Positions 29,538-45,097 of a stretch of 64,000 nucleotides of DNA are shown piece by piece. The position numbers were made by a program, and so were the translations under genes. The notes below the pieces were generated by a model that was not told the DNA's origin, did not search any database, and saw nothing but the letters and a program-made list of their open reading frames with translations. Each line of letters begins with the position of its first letter. Positions within the stretch are counted from its first letter, which is position 1. The stretch comes from an uncultured Verrucomicrobiae bacterium (GTDB taxonomy: Bacteria > Verrucomicrobiota > Verrucomicrobiia > Opitutales > JABDGR01). Where the stretch lies: positions 96,001-160,000 of the forward strand of contig CAVXVB010000009.1 of NCBI GenBank assembly GCA_963765205.1, in the 5' to 3' direction.

Positions 29538-32036
29538 ATGTTAATGACGGCGCCAAACCCGGAACCTGCCACCACCGCCGCGTTGAAGGGCGGGGGTGAA
29601 ATGGGAGCGTGCGCCAAAGAGTTGCTCGCGCCTCTCAGCCTTTTGCTCGGTTCGCTGGAAGAAGGACTGGCGGATCGCGAACATACGCTGACACTGGCCC
29701 ATCGGGATCGACTGGAACTCGTGCATCGCCAGACCCTGCACCTGCTCAAACTCGCGAACACGCTGCACCAATTATCACAAATTGAAGCGGGTAAAGCCGT
29801 CCCCTTCTTCCAACCCACGGAACTGGGGGCCTTGACGGGCAAATTGGCCGCCGAGTTTCGCCCGCTTTTCGACCAGGCCCGCCTGCAATTGCTGGTGGAT
29901 TGCCCTCCGTTGCCCCGGGAAGTTTATATTGATCGGGGCATGTGGGAGGAAGTCGTCTGCAATCTTCTTTCCAATGCCTTCAAGTTTACTTTGGCGGGAG
30001 AGTGCAAGGTGGCCTTGCGGATAGTGGACGACCAGATCGAGCTAAAAGTCAGCGATGCCGGCGGGGGCATTCCGGAACACGCGGTGCCGCGCTTGTTTGA
30101 GCGATTTTACCGTGCGTCCAGCACGCGTTCACGCACCCCCGCAGGCGTGGGTTTGGGCTTGGCGTTGGTCAAGGAATTGGTGAAGTTGCATGGTGGATCG
30201 CTCAAGGTGGACAGCGTGGTTGGACGTGGCAGCACCTTTACAGTTATCCTGCCAACGGGTAAAAATCAGCTTCCGCCGGAAGGCACGAATTTCAGCTACC
30301 CAGCTGAAGATTTTTCCGTCCACCCGAGTGTCTATATTGAAGAAGCCTGGCGCTGGCTATTGGAAGACGTATCAACGGCCCTCAATGAAGAGCCCCAAGT
30401 TTCATCGGTGCCGTCACTCGAAAGACCCGCGCCGCCGGAGCCAGCCGGTCAAAAACAGCCGGCCCTGGCCGAGCGTCTGCTGCCAACGGAGGACGAGGGT
30501 GAAAATCGCTTTCGGCGGCTGGCTGAGGCCATCCCCTTTTTGATTTGGATGAGCGGCCCCGACCAGAAATTCACTTGGTTTAACAAGCCCTGGCTTGATT
30601 TCGTCGGAATGTCCATGGCCGAAGCGCAAAACGGTGGCTGGTCAAAACACATCCATCCCGATGACGTGGGCCTCGCCAACGAGACTTATCGCTCCGCCTT
30701 TGAGGCGCGGGAAAGCTTTTCCATGGAATACCGCTTACGGCGCCACGATGGCGTCTATCGCTGGATTCTGGACCAGGGCAACCCGGCTTATGGGCTGGCG
30801 GGAACCTTCACCGGTTATATTGGATCCTGCATGGACATCACCGAGTCCAAAAATCATGCCGCCGCGCTGAAGGAAGCGAATCTGCGTAAAGATGAATTTC
30901 TTGCCATGCTGGCGCATGAGCTGCGCAATCCGCTCGCGCCCATGCGCACCGCCCTCGAAGTGTTGCATCAACAAGGCCCCGCCCCGCTCTTGGTGGCCAG
31001 TGCCCAGTCAATTATTGTCCGACAGGTGGAACATTTGAGCCGGTTGGTTGATGACTTGTTGGATGTATCCCGCATCACAAGCGGTCGTATCAGCCTGAAG
31101 AAAGAACGCCTGTCGTTGGCCCTGTTGATCAATTTGTCCAAAGAGACCAGCCGACCCTTCTTGGCCGCCAAGGATCAAGAATTGCAGGTGCAGGTTCCCG
31201 CGGAACCCATTTATCTGCATGCCGACCCGGTGCGCCTGACCCAGGTTATCACCAACCTCTTAAGCAATGCCTCCAAATTTAGCGCCAGTGGCGGGAAAAT
31301 TCAACTGATCGTCGAAAGACAGGCCGGGGTCGTTCGCCTGCGGATTCTGGATAATGGCATCGGCCTGTCGAAAGAAATGCTGGGCCGCGTCTTCGACTTG
31401 TTCACCCAAGCCAACTGTTCACTGGACCGGACGGAGGGAGGCTTGGGCATTGGCCTCACGCTGGTGAAAAGGCTGGTGGAGTTGCATGGCGGCTCGGTCA
31501 ATGCCCTGAGCGAAGGCGAGGGGAAGGGGAGCGAATTCATCGTCCAATTCCCGATTGATGAACTCCCCGCGGGCCTGAAGCCACCACGGCCCCTTAAAAT
31601 TGCGGCGTCTGCTTCCTTGCGCCGAATTTTGGTGGTGGACGACAAAGTAGACGGGGCCGATAGCCTCGCCATGCTCTTTACACTGAAAGGGCACGAGGTG
31701 GAAACCGCCCACGACGGGCCCACGGCCTTGGCGGCCGTGCAGACTTTTCATCCTGACATTGTTTTGCTGGACATTGGCCTGCCGGGCATGAGTGGCTACG
31801 AGGTGGCCAAGCATCTTCAGCAAGAGCCAGCGCGCAATAAAATGCTCCTGGTGGCACTGACGGGTTACTGCCAGCCGGCGGATCAACTTCGCTCCAAGCA
31901 AGCCGGGTTTGACTTTCATATCGTCAAGCCGGCCAGTCCCCAAGCCTTGGACTCGCTCCTCAGCCTCTCTTCCCTCAAGGATCCTGTTACGCTAAAAAAA
32001 AGCCGAGGGAGATTGGGTCAGACGAAAATTTCGTAA
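29538..32036 (+). CDS. Hybrid sensor histidine kinase (degenerate HisKA-HATPase, PAS, HisKA-HATPase, REC)
   Basis: First module [10 protein letters not shown]...GVGLGL; PAS HIHPDD...YRLRRHDGVYRW; LAHELRNPL; C-terminal REC with LLDIGLPGMSG. Confidence 0.9.
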   Translation: MLMTAPNPEPATTAALKGGGEMGACAKELLAPLSLLLGSLEEGLADREHTLTLAHRDRLELVHRQTLHLLKLANTLHQLSQIEAGKAVPFFQPTELGALTGKLAAEFRPLFDQARLQLLVDCPPLPREVYIDRGMWEEVVCNLLSNAFKFTLAGECKVALRIVDDQIELKVSDAGGGIPEHAVPRLFERFYRASSTRSRTPAGVGLGLALVKELVKLHGGSLKVDSVVGRGSTFTVILPTGKNQLPPEGTNFSYPAEDFSVHPSVYIEEAWRWLLEDVSTALNEEPQVSSVPSLERPAPPEPAGQKQPALAERLLPTEDEGENRFRRLAEAIPFLIWMSGPDQKFTWFNKPWLDFVGMSMAEAQNGGWSKHIHPDDVGLANETYRSAFEARESFSMEYRLRRHDGVYRWILDQGNPAYGLAGTFTGYIGSCMDITESKNHAAALKEANLRKDEFLAMLAHELRNPLAPMRTALEVLHQQGPAPLLVASAQSIIVRQVEHLSRLVDDLLDVSRITSGRISLKKERLSLALLINLSKETSRPFLAAKDQELQVQVPAEPIYLHADPVRLTQVITNLLSNASKFSASGGKIQLIVERQAGVVRLRILDNGIGLSKEMLGRVFDLFTQANCSLDRTEGGLGIGLTLVKRLVELHGGSVNALSEGEGKGSEFIVQFPIDELPAGLKPPRPLKIAASASLRRILVVDDKVDGADSLAMLFTLKGHEVETAHDGPTALAAVQTFHPDIVLLDIGLPGMSGYEVAKHLQQEPARNKMLLVALTGYCQPADQLRSKQAGFDFHIVKPASPQALDSLLSLSSLKDPVTLKKSRGRLGQTKIS

Positions 32037-32055
32037 GGTCCCCGTCTCAACCACA

Positions 32056-32499
32056 TCAATCCGCTCTTCCGCCTTTTTCTGCCGCGATGACGGCATTGGC
32101 GAGTTCTTCGCACCCCAGCATTTGAGCGAAGGCGCAAATGCCCACGCGGCCAGCCTTCTGGTAGGACTCCACTTTGTAGGCCGCACAAATCAGGTCGGCA
32201 TCCGTGGCCGCGCCCGGCGGGGTGTTGGCGGGCGCCAGATTCGCAATAAGCAGGCCCATGGGCGACTCATAATCGTCGGCCAAGGGCACCCCAAAAAGTT
32301 CGCTGGTCCGCGCCAAATGGGCGAGGTAGCGTTTGCTTTGGACCTGGTATTCCAGAAAGTGCGCCTTCAGTCCCTGGTCGTAGGCCGCTTCCGCCAGTTT
32401 GGGCAACACCTGGAGAAACTGTATTTCAACACTGTATAATTCCGATATCTGTTCAATCAGGACATCCTGAAGGGTTTTGGCGCAAGGGGTGGCATGCAT
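32056..32499 (-). CDS. YciE/YciF (DUF892) ferritin-like protein, divergent
   Basis: TLQDVLIEQISELYSVEIQFLQVLPKLAEAA and DADLICAAYKVESY. Confidence 0.75.
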   Translation of the reverse strand: MHATPCAKTLQDVLIEQISELYSVEIQFLQVLPKLAEAAYDQGLKAHFLEYQVQSKRYLAHLARTSELFGVPLADDYESPMGLLIANLAPANTPPGAATDADLICAAYKVESYQKAGRVGICAFAQMLGCEELANAVIAAEKGGRAD

Positions 32500-32632
32500 G
32501 ACATTATATTTTGGGGGATTGGGGTCGGGGGATAAAGACAAAAAACACGCTCCGATAACGCAAAGCGACTCGGCTTCGATCCAACCGGTTCTGCCAAACC
32601 GACTGAACCGACTGGACGGGGGAGGGGCGCGA

Positions 32633-32853
32633 CTAGCGGACGTGGAAAATATCCTTAATTAACTTCTCGAGTTCCTTCCGGTTTTGTCCGGTCAGTCTTT
32701 GGATGCGACCGAGCAGTTCTTCCTCCTGGCCCTCCACATACCGCAAGTCGTTGTCGGTGAGCGCGGCATACTTCTGCTTGAGTTTGCCTTTGATGATGTG
32801 TTCCAATGGCCGTGGATGATTTCGGCGGTCGGCGATTCGATTAGTGAGTTCAT
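32633..32853 (-). pseudogene. CsbD-family stress protein with a 2-bp frameshift (absent from the ORF track)
   Basis: Deleting one AC at about 32797-32801 gives IHGHWNIIKGKLKQKYAALTDNDLRYVEGQEEELLGRIQRLTGQNRKELEKLI (72 aa). Confidence 0.85.
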
Positions 32854-32992
32854 GTGTTTTCAGGTTTTATTATGTTTGGATTTGATCGGGAAAAACAACT
32901 CTCTGACCCAGGCCTATAGCCATCATCTTAAGGCAGGGTTTTCGTTCCAGAACGCGATGGGGGCGGCCATTCAGCCTGGCCGGAAGAAATTA

Positions 32993-34564
32993 CTAATGGC
33001 CCGGGATCACCCCTCTGACTGCGCCACCCACATTCACATTCACCGCGCCGCTCACCGTTTGCTGGACACCCGGCATCGGGCTGGCCGTGCCCGGGGTAGG
33101 CACGGCGGTCGGGCCTCCCGGCGCATTGGGCTGCACCAGATTAGCCGTGGTGTAGCCTTCGGTTCCTGCCGCCGAAAGAATGGGAAAGATGTTATTGGCT
33201 TGGCGAGTCAGATAGCTGCCGATGAGGATTCTTTCGTCGGAGGGCATCGCTACTTTGTCCGAGAAAACAGCATTGGCTGTAATGGAAGTGTTCCCATAAA
33301 ACTTTTGCGTGTTCTCCTCATCCACCGCCACCTTCGTGGCCGCCACCACGGCCCCCACGTCCAGCCCCGCGGAACTTTGGTAAAGAATAACGTCGGTGGT
33401 GTTATCCAGGGTGGTGTCGCCGTTGACCTGGGCGCCGGCGACCGCGTTGAGATTTCCGCTCCAGGCAAAATTGCCTTCCGTCAGGGTGCGCATAGCTTTG
33501 TCCGACATCAAGAAGGCAAGGGTGTGCGTTTCCTCCCCGCCAACTTGCAAGCCGAGGCTGGCGCCCTCGAGGGTGTAAAATACTGGCCCACTGAACCGGC
33601 GGTTGCTCATCATTTTGAAGCCGATGGCGTAACCACCGGTGGCCCCGGCGCCCACCCCGCCGGACCAGCGATTGATAATCAGTACCCCTTTGGCCTTGGC
33701 GACCACATAGTTGGGAATGGTCGTCTCATCTTTTGATAATAAAGTTTTGTATAATTCAGCGGCCTCTTTCAACTGCTCATTCAGTTTCACTTTGATCGTC
33801 GCCGCGTCGCCGGCCGCCACATCCGCCGAGGCCACCAGGATTTTGGCCGGCGCGGGCGCCGCCACTTTCCCCGAGAGAATCTCGTCGGCCGTGACGGAGG
33901 CGTCGCCATAAAACTTTTGCGTGTTCTCCTCATCCACCGCCACCTTCGTGGCCGCCACCACGGCCCCCACGTCCAGCCCCGCGGAACTTTGGTAAAGAAC
34001 AACGTCGGCGGTGTTATCCAGGGTGGAATCGCTGCTGGCATGGGCGCCGGCGACCGCCTTGAGATTCCCACTCCAGACAAATTTGCCTTCCGTCAGGGTG
34101 CGGACGGCCGTGTCCGACATCAAAAACGCGACGGTGTGCGTCTTCTCCCCGCCAACTTGCAAGCCGAGGCTGGCGCCCTCGAGGGTGTAAAATACCGGCC
34201 CACTAAACCGGCCATTGCTCATCTTCTTCAAGCCGATGGCGTAACCACCGGTGGCCCCGACGCCCACCCCGCCGGACCAGCGATTGATAATCAGCACCCC
34301 TTTGGCCTGCGCGGCCACTTGGGCGGAAACGGCGGTGTCGTCTTTGGCCAGCAAAGTTTTGTAAAAATCAATGGCGTCGTTCAACTGCTCATTCAGTTTA
34401 GCTTTGATCGTCGCCGCGTCGCCGGCCGCCACATCCGCCGAGGCATTGGCATTCAGGTTTTCATTGGTTGCGACGGTCGTTTCGGCCGCGGGAAGCGAAA
34501 GCGTTCCCATCAATAAGAGCATGACCGCGGGCTTCCAAAAGAAGGGGAGAGTGTAAGTTTTCAT
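32993..34564 (-). CDS. Secreted protein with two tandem SYLF/Ysc84 lipid-binding domains
   Basis: Signal peptide; two copies of AKGVLII...FSGPVFYTLEGASLGLQVGGE...VDEENTQKFYG; 612-bp DNA period. Confidence 0.85.
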   Translation of the reverse strand: MKTYTLPFFWKPAVMLLLMGTLSLPAAETTVATNENLNANASADVAAGDAATIKAKLNEQLNDAIDFYKTLLAKDDTAVSAQVAAQAKGVLIINRWSGGVGVGATGGYAIGLKKMSNGRFSGPVFYTLEGASLGLQVGGEKTHTVAFLMSDTAVRTLTEGKFVWSGNLKAVAGAHASSDSTLDNTADVVLYQSSAGLDVGAVVAATKVAVDEENTQKFYGDASVTADEILSGKVAAPAPAKILVASADVAAGDAATIKVKLNEQLKEAAELYKTLLSKDETTIPNYVVAKAKGVLIINRWSGGVGAGATGGYAIGFKMMSNRRFSGPVFYTLEGASLGLQVGGEETHTLAFLMSDKAMRTLTEGNFAWSGNLNAVAGAQVNGDTTLDNTTDVILYQSSAGLDVGAVVAATKVAVDEENTQKFYGNTSITANAVFSDKVAMPSDERILIGSYLTRQANNIFPILSAAGTEGYTTANLVQPNAPGGPTAVPTPGTASPMPGVQQTVSGAVNVNVGGAVRGVIPGH

Positions 34565-34780
34565 TTTTTTGAAGAGTTGAAGGTTTGGGTGCTATTCATC
34601 AGGCTTTTTAAAGCCGTACCACTGGTCGATTAACCCAAGGACAGGGAATGAAGAAGGATACCACATCGCCCAGCCTTCGGCCATGGGGGTATTATGCGTA
34701 ATGGCCCTGCTTGCTGCCCGAGCAAACCTGGAAACACGCGTCAACCGCCGCAAACGCCCAAGGCTCCCAAAAAACGCGGA

Positions 34781-35458
34781 TTAGACGCCCATAATCTGCA
34801 CGCCGTCTTCGATGACACCCTGGGTCAGGGCATAGCGGGTCAGGCCGGCGGTATTGTGTATCCGCAGTTTGTTCATCAAGCGTTGCCGGTGTTTTTCCAC
34901 CGTCTTGATGCTCAGGTTAAGCACCGACGCGATTTGCTTGTTGGAGGAGCCCTCAGCGATCAGCTGGAGAATTTCCCCTTCCCGCGCGCTCAATGACTTT
35001 TTAATTTTTTCCGGCATGGGCGCATTTTTAGCCGCGGCGGCTGCCTTCCCAAAAATGCGCTTGGAAATTAGGGGGTCAAAAAATGGCTTGCCCTGCGCGA
35101 GTTCCCGGATGGCCGTAGCCAACAGGCTGGCGGAGCTTTGTTTCAGCAAATAGCCGGTGACGCCAGCCTGCACCACGCGCTCCAAGTAATCATCGCTGCT
35201 GTAGGCGGAGAGGATGAGCACGTTGGTCGCTGGCAGGGCGGCGCGGATCTGCCGCGCGGCCTCCATGCCGTTGAGCAGCGGCATGGCGATGTCCATCACC
35301 ACCACGTCCGGGCGCAATTCCCTGGCCAGTTCCACGGCTTTCCGGCCCGTCTGCGCCTCGCCAATCACGCTGATGTCTTTTTCCATCCGCAAGAGCGAAC
35401 GGAAGCCTTCCCGGACAACCCCATGATCATCCGCCAGCAATACGGTGATAAATTTCAT
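34781..35458 (-). CDS. NarL/FixJ-family response regulator (REC plus LuxR HTH)
   Basis: VLLADDHGVVREG, VVMDIAMP, LSAREGEILQLIAEGSSNKQIA..LSIKTVEKHR. Confidence 0.95.
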   Translation of the reverse strand: MKFITVLLADDHGVVREGFRSLLRMEKDISVIGEAQTGRKAVELARELRPDVVVMDIAMPLLNGMEAARQIRAALPATNVLILSAYSSDDYLERVVQAGVTGYLLKQSSASLLATAIRELAQGKPFFDPLISKRIFGKAAAAAKNAPMPEKIKKSLSAREGEILQLIAEGSSNKQIASVLNLSIKTVEKHRQRLMNKLRIHNTAGLTRYALTQGVIEDGVQIMGV

Positions 35459-35604
35459 AACAGTATGAAATGGGCGCTGGGCAATTGGTGGCGGCGCCCT
35501 GTGGCACCCCGCCCATCCTGAATAAAATTATACCGATGAGGAAAATTTGGCAAGCAATAATTGCCTGCAACCACCAGTTAATGAGTGGGGGAAATGGAAT
35601 GGCC

Positions 35605-36135
35605 TTACCCCGCCTTCCGTTGCCGGCAACTCTCCATCACGACGGGGGCGAAGGGAACGCAAGAGTTAAAGTCCATCCCGAGTTCACCCAGGCTGGTCTT
35701 GGCGGCCGTCTCTTCATCCAGCGTGGTTTGCAGCAGTTTGGCCGCTTCGGTTAAGTTCAAAAGCCCTGCGACGGTATGCGCGCTGGCATAACCGACCAGC
35801 TTGCAGTGGCTCATTTTTTGGGCCAGGCAGACGAGTTGGATGTCCCGCGCACTGCTGGGCGGCGAGTTAATCTTCTCGGCCAGATCCGCCAGCAGGCCAA
35901 TCATGCCGTTGCTGGGCTTGCCGAGAGGCGACAGTCCAAAAGATTTGGCCACGCGCTCCACCCGAAATAGATCGCGCTTGGTCTGTTCCAAATGTTGCTG
36001 GAAAAGACCCTGGAGCATGGCATTGGACGAGGCCCGGGCCATGCGCAAGTAGGCTTTGAGCTGATGCAGCTCCGTGCTATGGAGATCACGCAGTTCTTCG
36101 GCGAGCACATCCCTGAGCGTTTTGGGTTTGGACAT
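35605..36135 (-). CDS. YciE/YciF (DUF892) ferritin-like protein, divergent
   Basis: TLRDVLAEELRDLHSTELHQLKA, HLEQT, AQKMSH, LLQTTLDEE. Confidence 0.82.
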   Translation of the reverse strand: MSKPKTLRDVLAEELRDLHSTELHQLKAYLRMARASSNAMLQGLFQQHLEQTKRDLFRVERVAKSFGLSPLGKPSNGMIGLLADLAEKINSPPSSARDIQLVCLAQKMSHCKLVGYASAHTVAGLLNLTEAAKLLQTTLDEETAAKTSLGELGMDFNSCVPFAPVVMESCRQRKAG

Positions 36136-36213
36136 AATAGATGGCAGGAAAATAATAGGGAGGCGAGGTCATCCGGCAGTGCGCCGTTCAACGCGGCGCC
36201 CAGCCCCAAGGGG

Positions 36214-36951
36214 CTACTGCGCGACGGTCATGTTGTTGGTCACCGACTTGACGCCGCGGATATTCTCCGCCAACCGGGTGATGAGGCTTTTCTGCGCGCT
36301 GGAATCGGCCCGGCCGCTGATCACGACGGCGCCGTCCATGGTCGTGATGGCCGGTTTGCTGGCGCGGGTCGAGGGATAGGTGGTCAATTCGTGCTTAATT
36401 TCCGTGGTAATGGAAGTATCGTCCACATACTGCTCCATCGGCGTGATCGGCGGCGCCTGGATGGTCATCTCATTGTTCACCGATTTCACCCCCGCCACCT
36501 GGCGGGTGTAGAATTCGGTCAGGTCTTTTTGCCCCTGGTTGTCGGCCACTCCGCTGAGGGTTACCACGCCATTGTTGACTTTAACGGTCGTGGCGGTGGC
36601 GCTCACGTCGGCCCGAATCAGCAATTGATAGCGAATTTTGAAGGCGATCCAGCCATCCGAATGCTCGGGCGGCGGATTTTCGACCTTGATCTGGTTGTCC
36701 ACCCGCAGCACGCCCGGCAGATTATCAACCGTGTCTTCAGCCAGGGTCTTGAGATCCTGATTGGGCACGGTGCCGGTCAGGGTGACAACGCCATTCTGGC
36801 AGGAAATTTTGACCTGATCCTCCAGCACGGTGCGGTAATTGTAGGAGGCCTTGGCCGCGTTTTCGATCTTGGTGTCATCCGCGGCCGCCAGCAGCGGACT
36901 GGTGATGAGAATCGCGCTGGAAATGAGGGTGATGAGCTTGATGGTTTTCAT
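36214..36951 (-). CDS. OsmY-like protein with three BON domains
   Basis: Signal peptide; NGVVTLTG...GVLRVDNQI, GVVTLSG...GVKSVNNEM, DDTSITTEIK...GVKSVTNNM. Confidence 0.9.
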   Translation of the reverse strand: MKTIKLITLISSAILITSPLLAAADDTKIENAAKASYNYRTVLEDQVKISCQNGVVTLTGTVPNQDLKTLAEDTVDNLPGVLRVDNQIKVENPPPEHSDGWIAFKIRYQLLIRADVSATATTVKVNNGVVTLSGVADNQGQKDLTEFYTRQVAGVKSVNNEMTIQAPPITPMEQYVDDTSITTEIKHELTTYPSTRASKPAITTMDGAVVISGRADSSAQKSLITRLAENIRGVKSVTNNMTVAQ

Positions 36952-37237
36952 GTTAATCTCCGGAATAACGGGTGAAACGAGACGAATGTGATTCTACCGC
37001 GTTTTTCATTTTATGGGTATTGGGGTGTTGTCCTACCTATGAAATAACCGGCCAACATTTGAATTCTCGGAAACCTGTGGTAGCTTGAAAGAGACTTTAA
37101 TTTCAGCGGTCCGGAGCATTGACGCTTTGGAACCAGAGCGTCAAAGGACCCACTGGATAGCAGGGATGGACGCTGGGCGAAAGCCGCCCAGCGTCCGCTT
37201 ATCCGATCAAGCCACCGGCACCCGGAGGAAAAAGCCC

Positions 37238-37429
37238 ATGCCCAGCGGAGACAAAAGCAGCTACACGGACAAACAGAAGCGGATGGCGCAACACATTGTG
37301 GCCAGCTACGAAGAACGGGGCGTGAGTCACCGTGTGGCGGAGGAGCGCGCCTGGCGCACCGTGAACAAGGAAACCGGGGGCGGCAGAAAATCCGGCGGCG
37401 GTCGCAAAGACGCCGCCAAATTTTCCTGA
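37238..37429 (+). CDS. Small stress-island protein (the family often labelled plasmid stabilization protein; ChaB-like)
   Basis: GGAGG RBS at about 37224; MPSGDKSSYTDKQKRMAQHI..YEERG...AEERAWRTVNKETGGG. Confidence 0.8.
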   Translation: MPSGDKSSYTDKQKRMAQHIVASYEERGVSHRVAEERAWRTVNKETGGGRKSGGGRKDAAKFS

Positions 37430-37595
37430 AAAATGCCCGCAATTTTAATTCGTAAATCGCACTAAATGAAAAACGCCTATGCGCGCAACCACTCGTAAAT
37501 CTTCCGTAAAATTTAGGAGGCCTTGCTCGCAAAGCTAATAATCTGGGTAAAATTGCCTTTAGACGGATCTTGTCACCTCAACTCCACCAAGCACC

Positions 37596-37838
37596 ATGAA
37601 ACGCATTATTCCATTACTAGCCCTGCTCGCCCTTTGCGGTTGCAGCTCGGAAGACAGCACTTCCTCCGCGGGAAATTCGGCGCCGGCAAGCCCGGCCTTG
37701 ACCGTTCCGCCCAACCCAGCCATTTCGACGGCGCCGTCTGGCTCGCCGATCAACCCACCGATTCCGAAGATGCCCCCGGCGGCGACTACACCCTCGGACA
37801 CGGCCGCAACTTCCTCGTCGGGCACCACCACCAACTGA
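37596..37838 (+). CDS. Small Ser/Thr/Pro-rich lipoprotein
   Basis: MKRIIPLLALLALCGC lipobox; a hairpin follows the stop. Confidence 0.7.
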   Translation: MKRIIPLLALLALCGCSSEDSTSSAGNSAPASPALTVPPNPAISTAPSGSPINPPIPKMPPAATTPSDTAATSSSGTTTN

Positions 37839-38475
37839 AGGTGGCGGCCTCCGGGCTTTTGGCTTGGGCCGGGCATAGAAGCCTTCAGCCGCCAAAAGCC
37901 TGGAGGCGCAGCACGCGAGCACGGATCAATAACAATTGCCCGCCCATTTACTGGCATGCTTGCGGGGCGCTTTTCTTGTGGCTCGAATGGTGGTCAGGAT
38001 TTTGGCGCAGCCTAAAACCGTTGCCGGAGTTGACCAATTGGGTTTCAAAACCCTGCGCGCTTGCATTTTGCAGGGTGCTTTGGGCACCATAACCCGTAGT
38101 CATGATTAAAACGCGACCCGGTTGCTCTAATGGTTAGAGCAACTGACCGGCGAATTAAAATTTGTTCAGGTCCGGTTGGCCAATCCCCAACGGGTTGCGT
38201 GGGGCATGACTGGATCATGGCCGGTTCGGCCGCATCGTCATTGGCCATGGCGGCGGTGGGTCAATTGAACTGTAAAGGTGTGCGGCTTTCATTGGTGTTT
38301 AAACACCAATCGTCCGCTTTGACGCCCACCTAGGCGCGGTTGTATCTTCGCGCCCAAGCGCTGGTGGATGAGGTGTCAACCCCAAGGCACCGAACCGCCT
38401 GGCGAATTTTCCGGGCCGGGTTGATCCCGGAGGACGGGCTGCGCAGAAGGAAAGACGCAACCTTAAACGACGCCC

Positions 38476-45030
<6,555 letters not shown>

Positions 45031-45097
45031 CCCCGCCCGGCGGTCGCCTTTTTCGCCGGTTCTTGCCACAAAAAACAACCCCCTAACCGCTCCCCCA

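Noticed and set aside
33290..34445. Diversity-generating retroelement template/variable repeat pair (also considered for 17640/20458)
   Set aside because: Differences between copies are not adenine-specific and there is no reverse transcriptase in the window.
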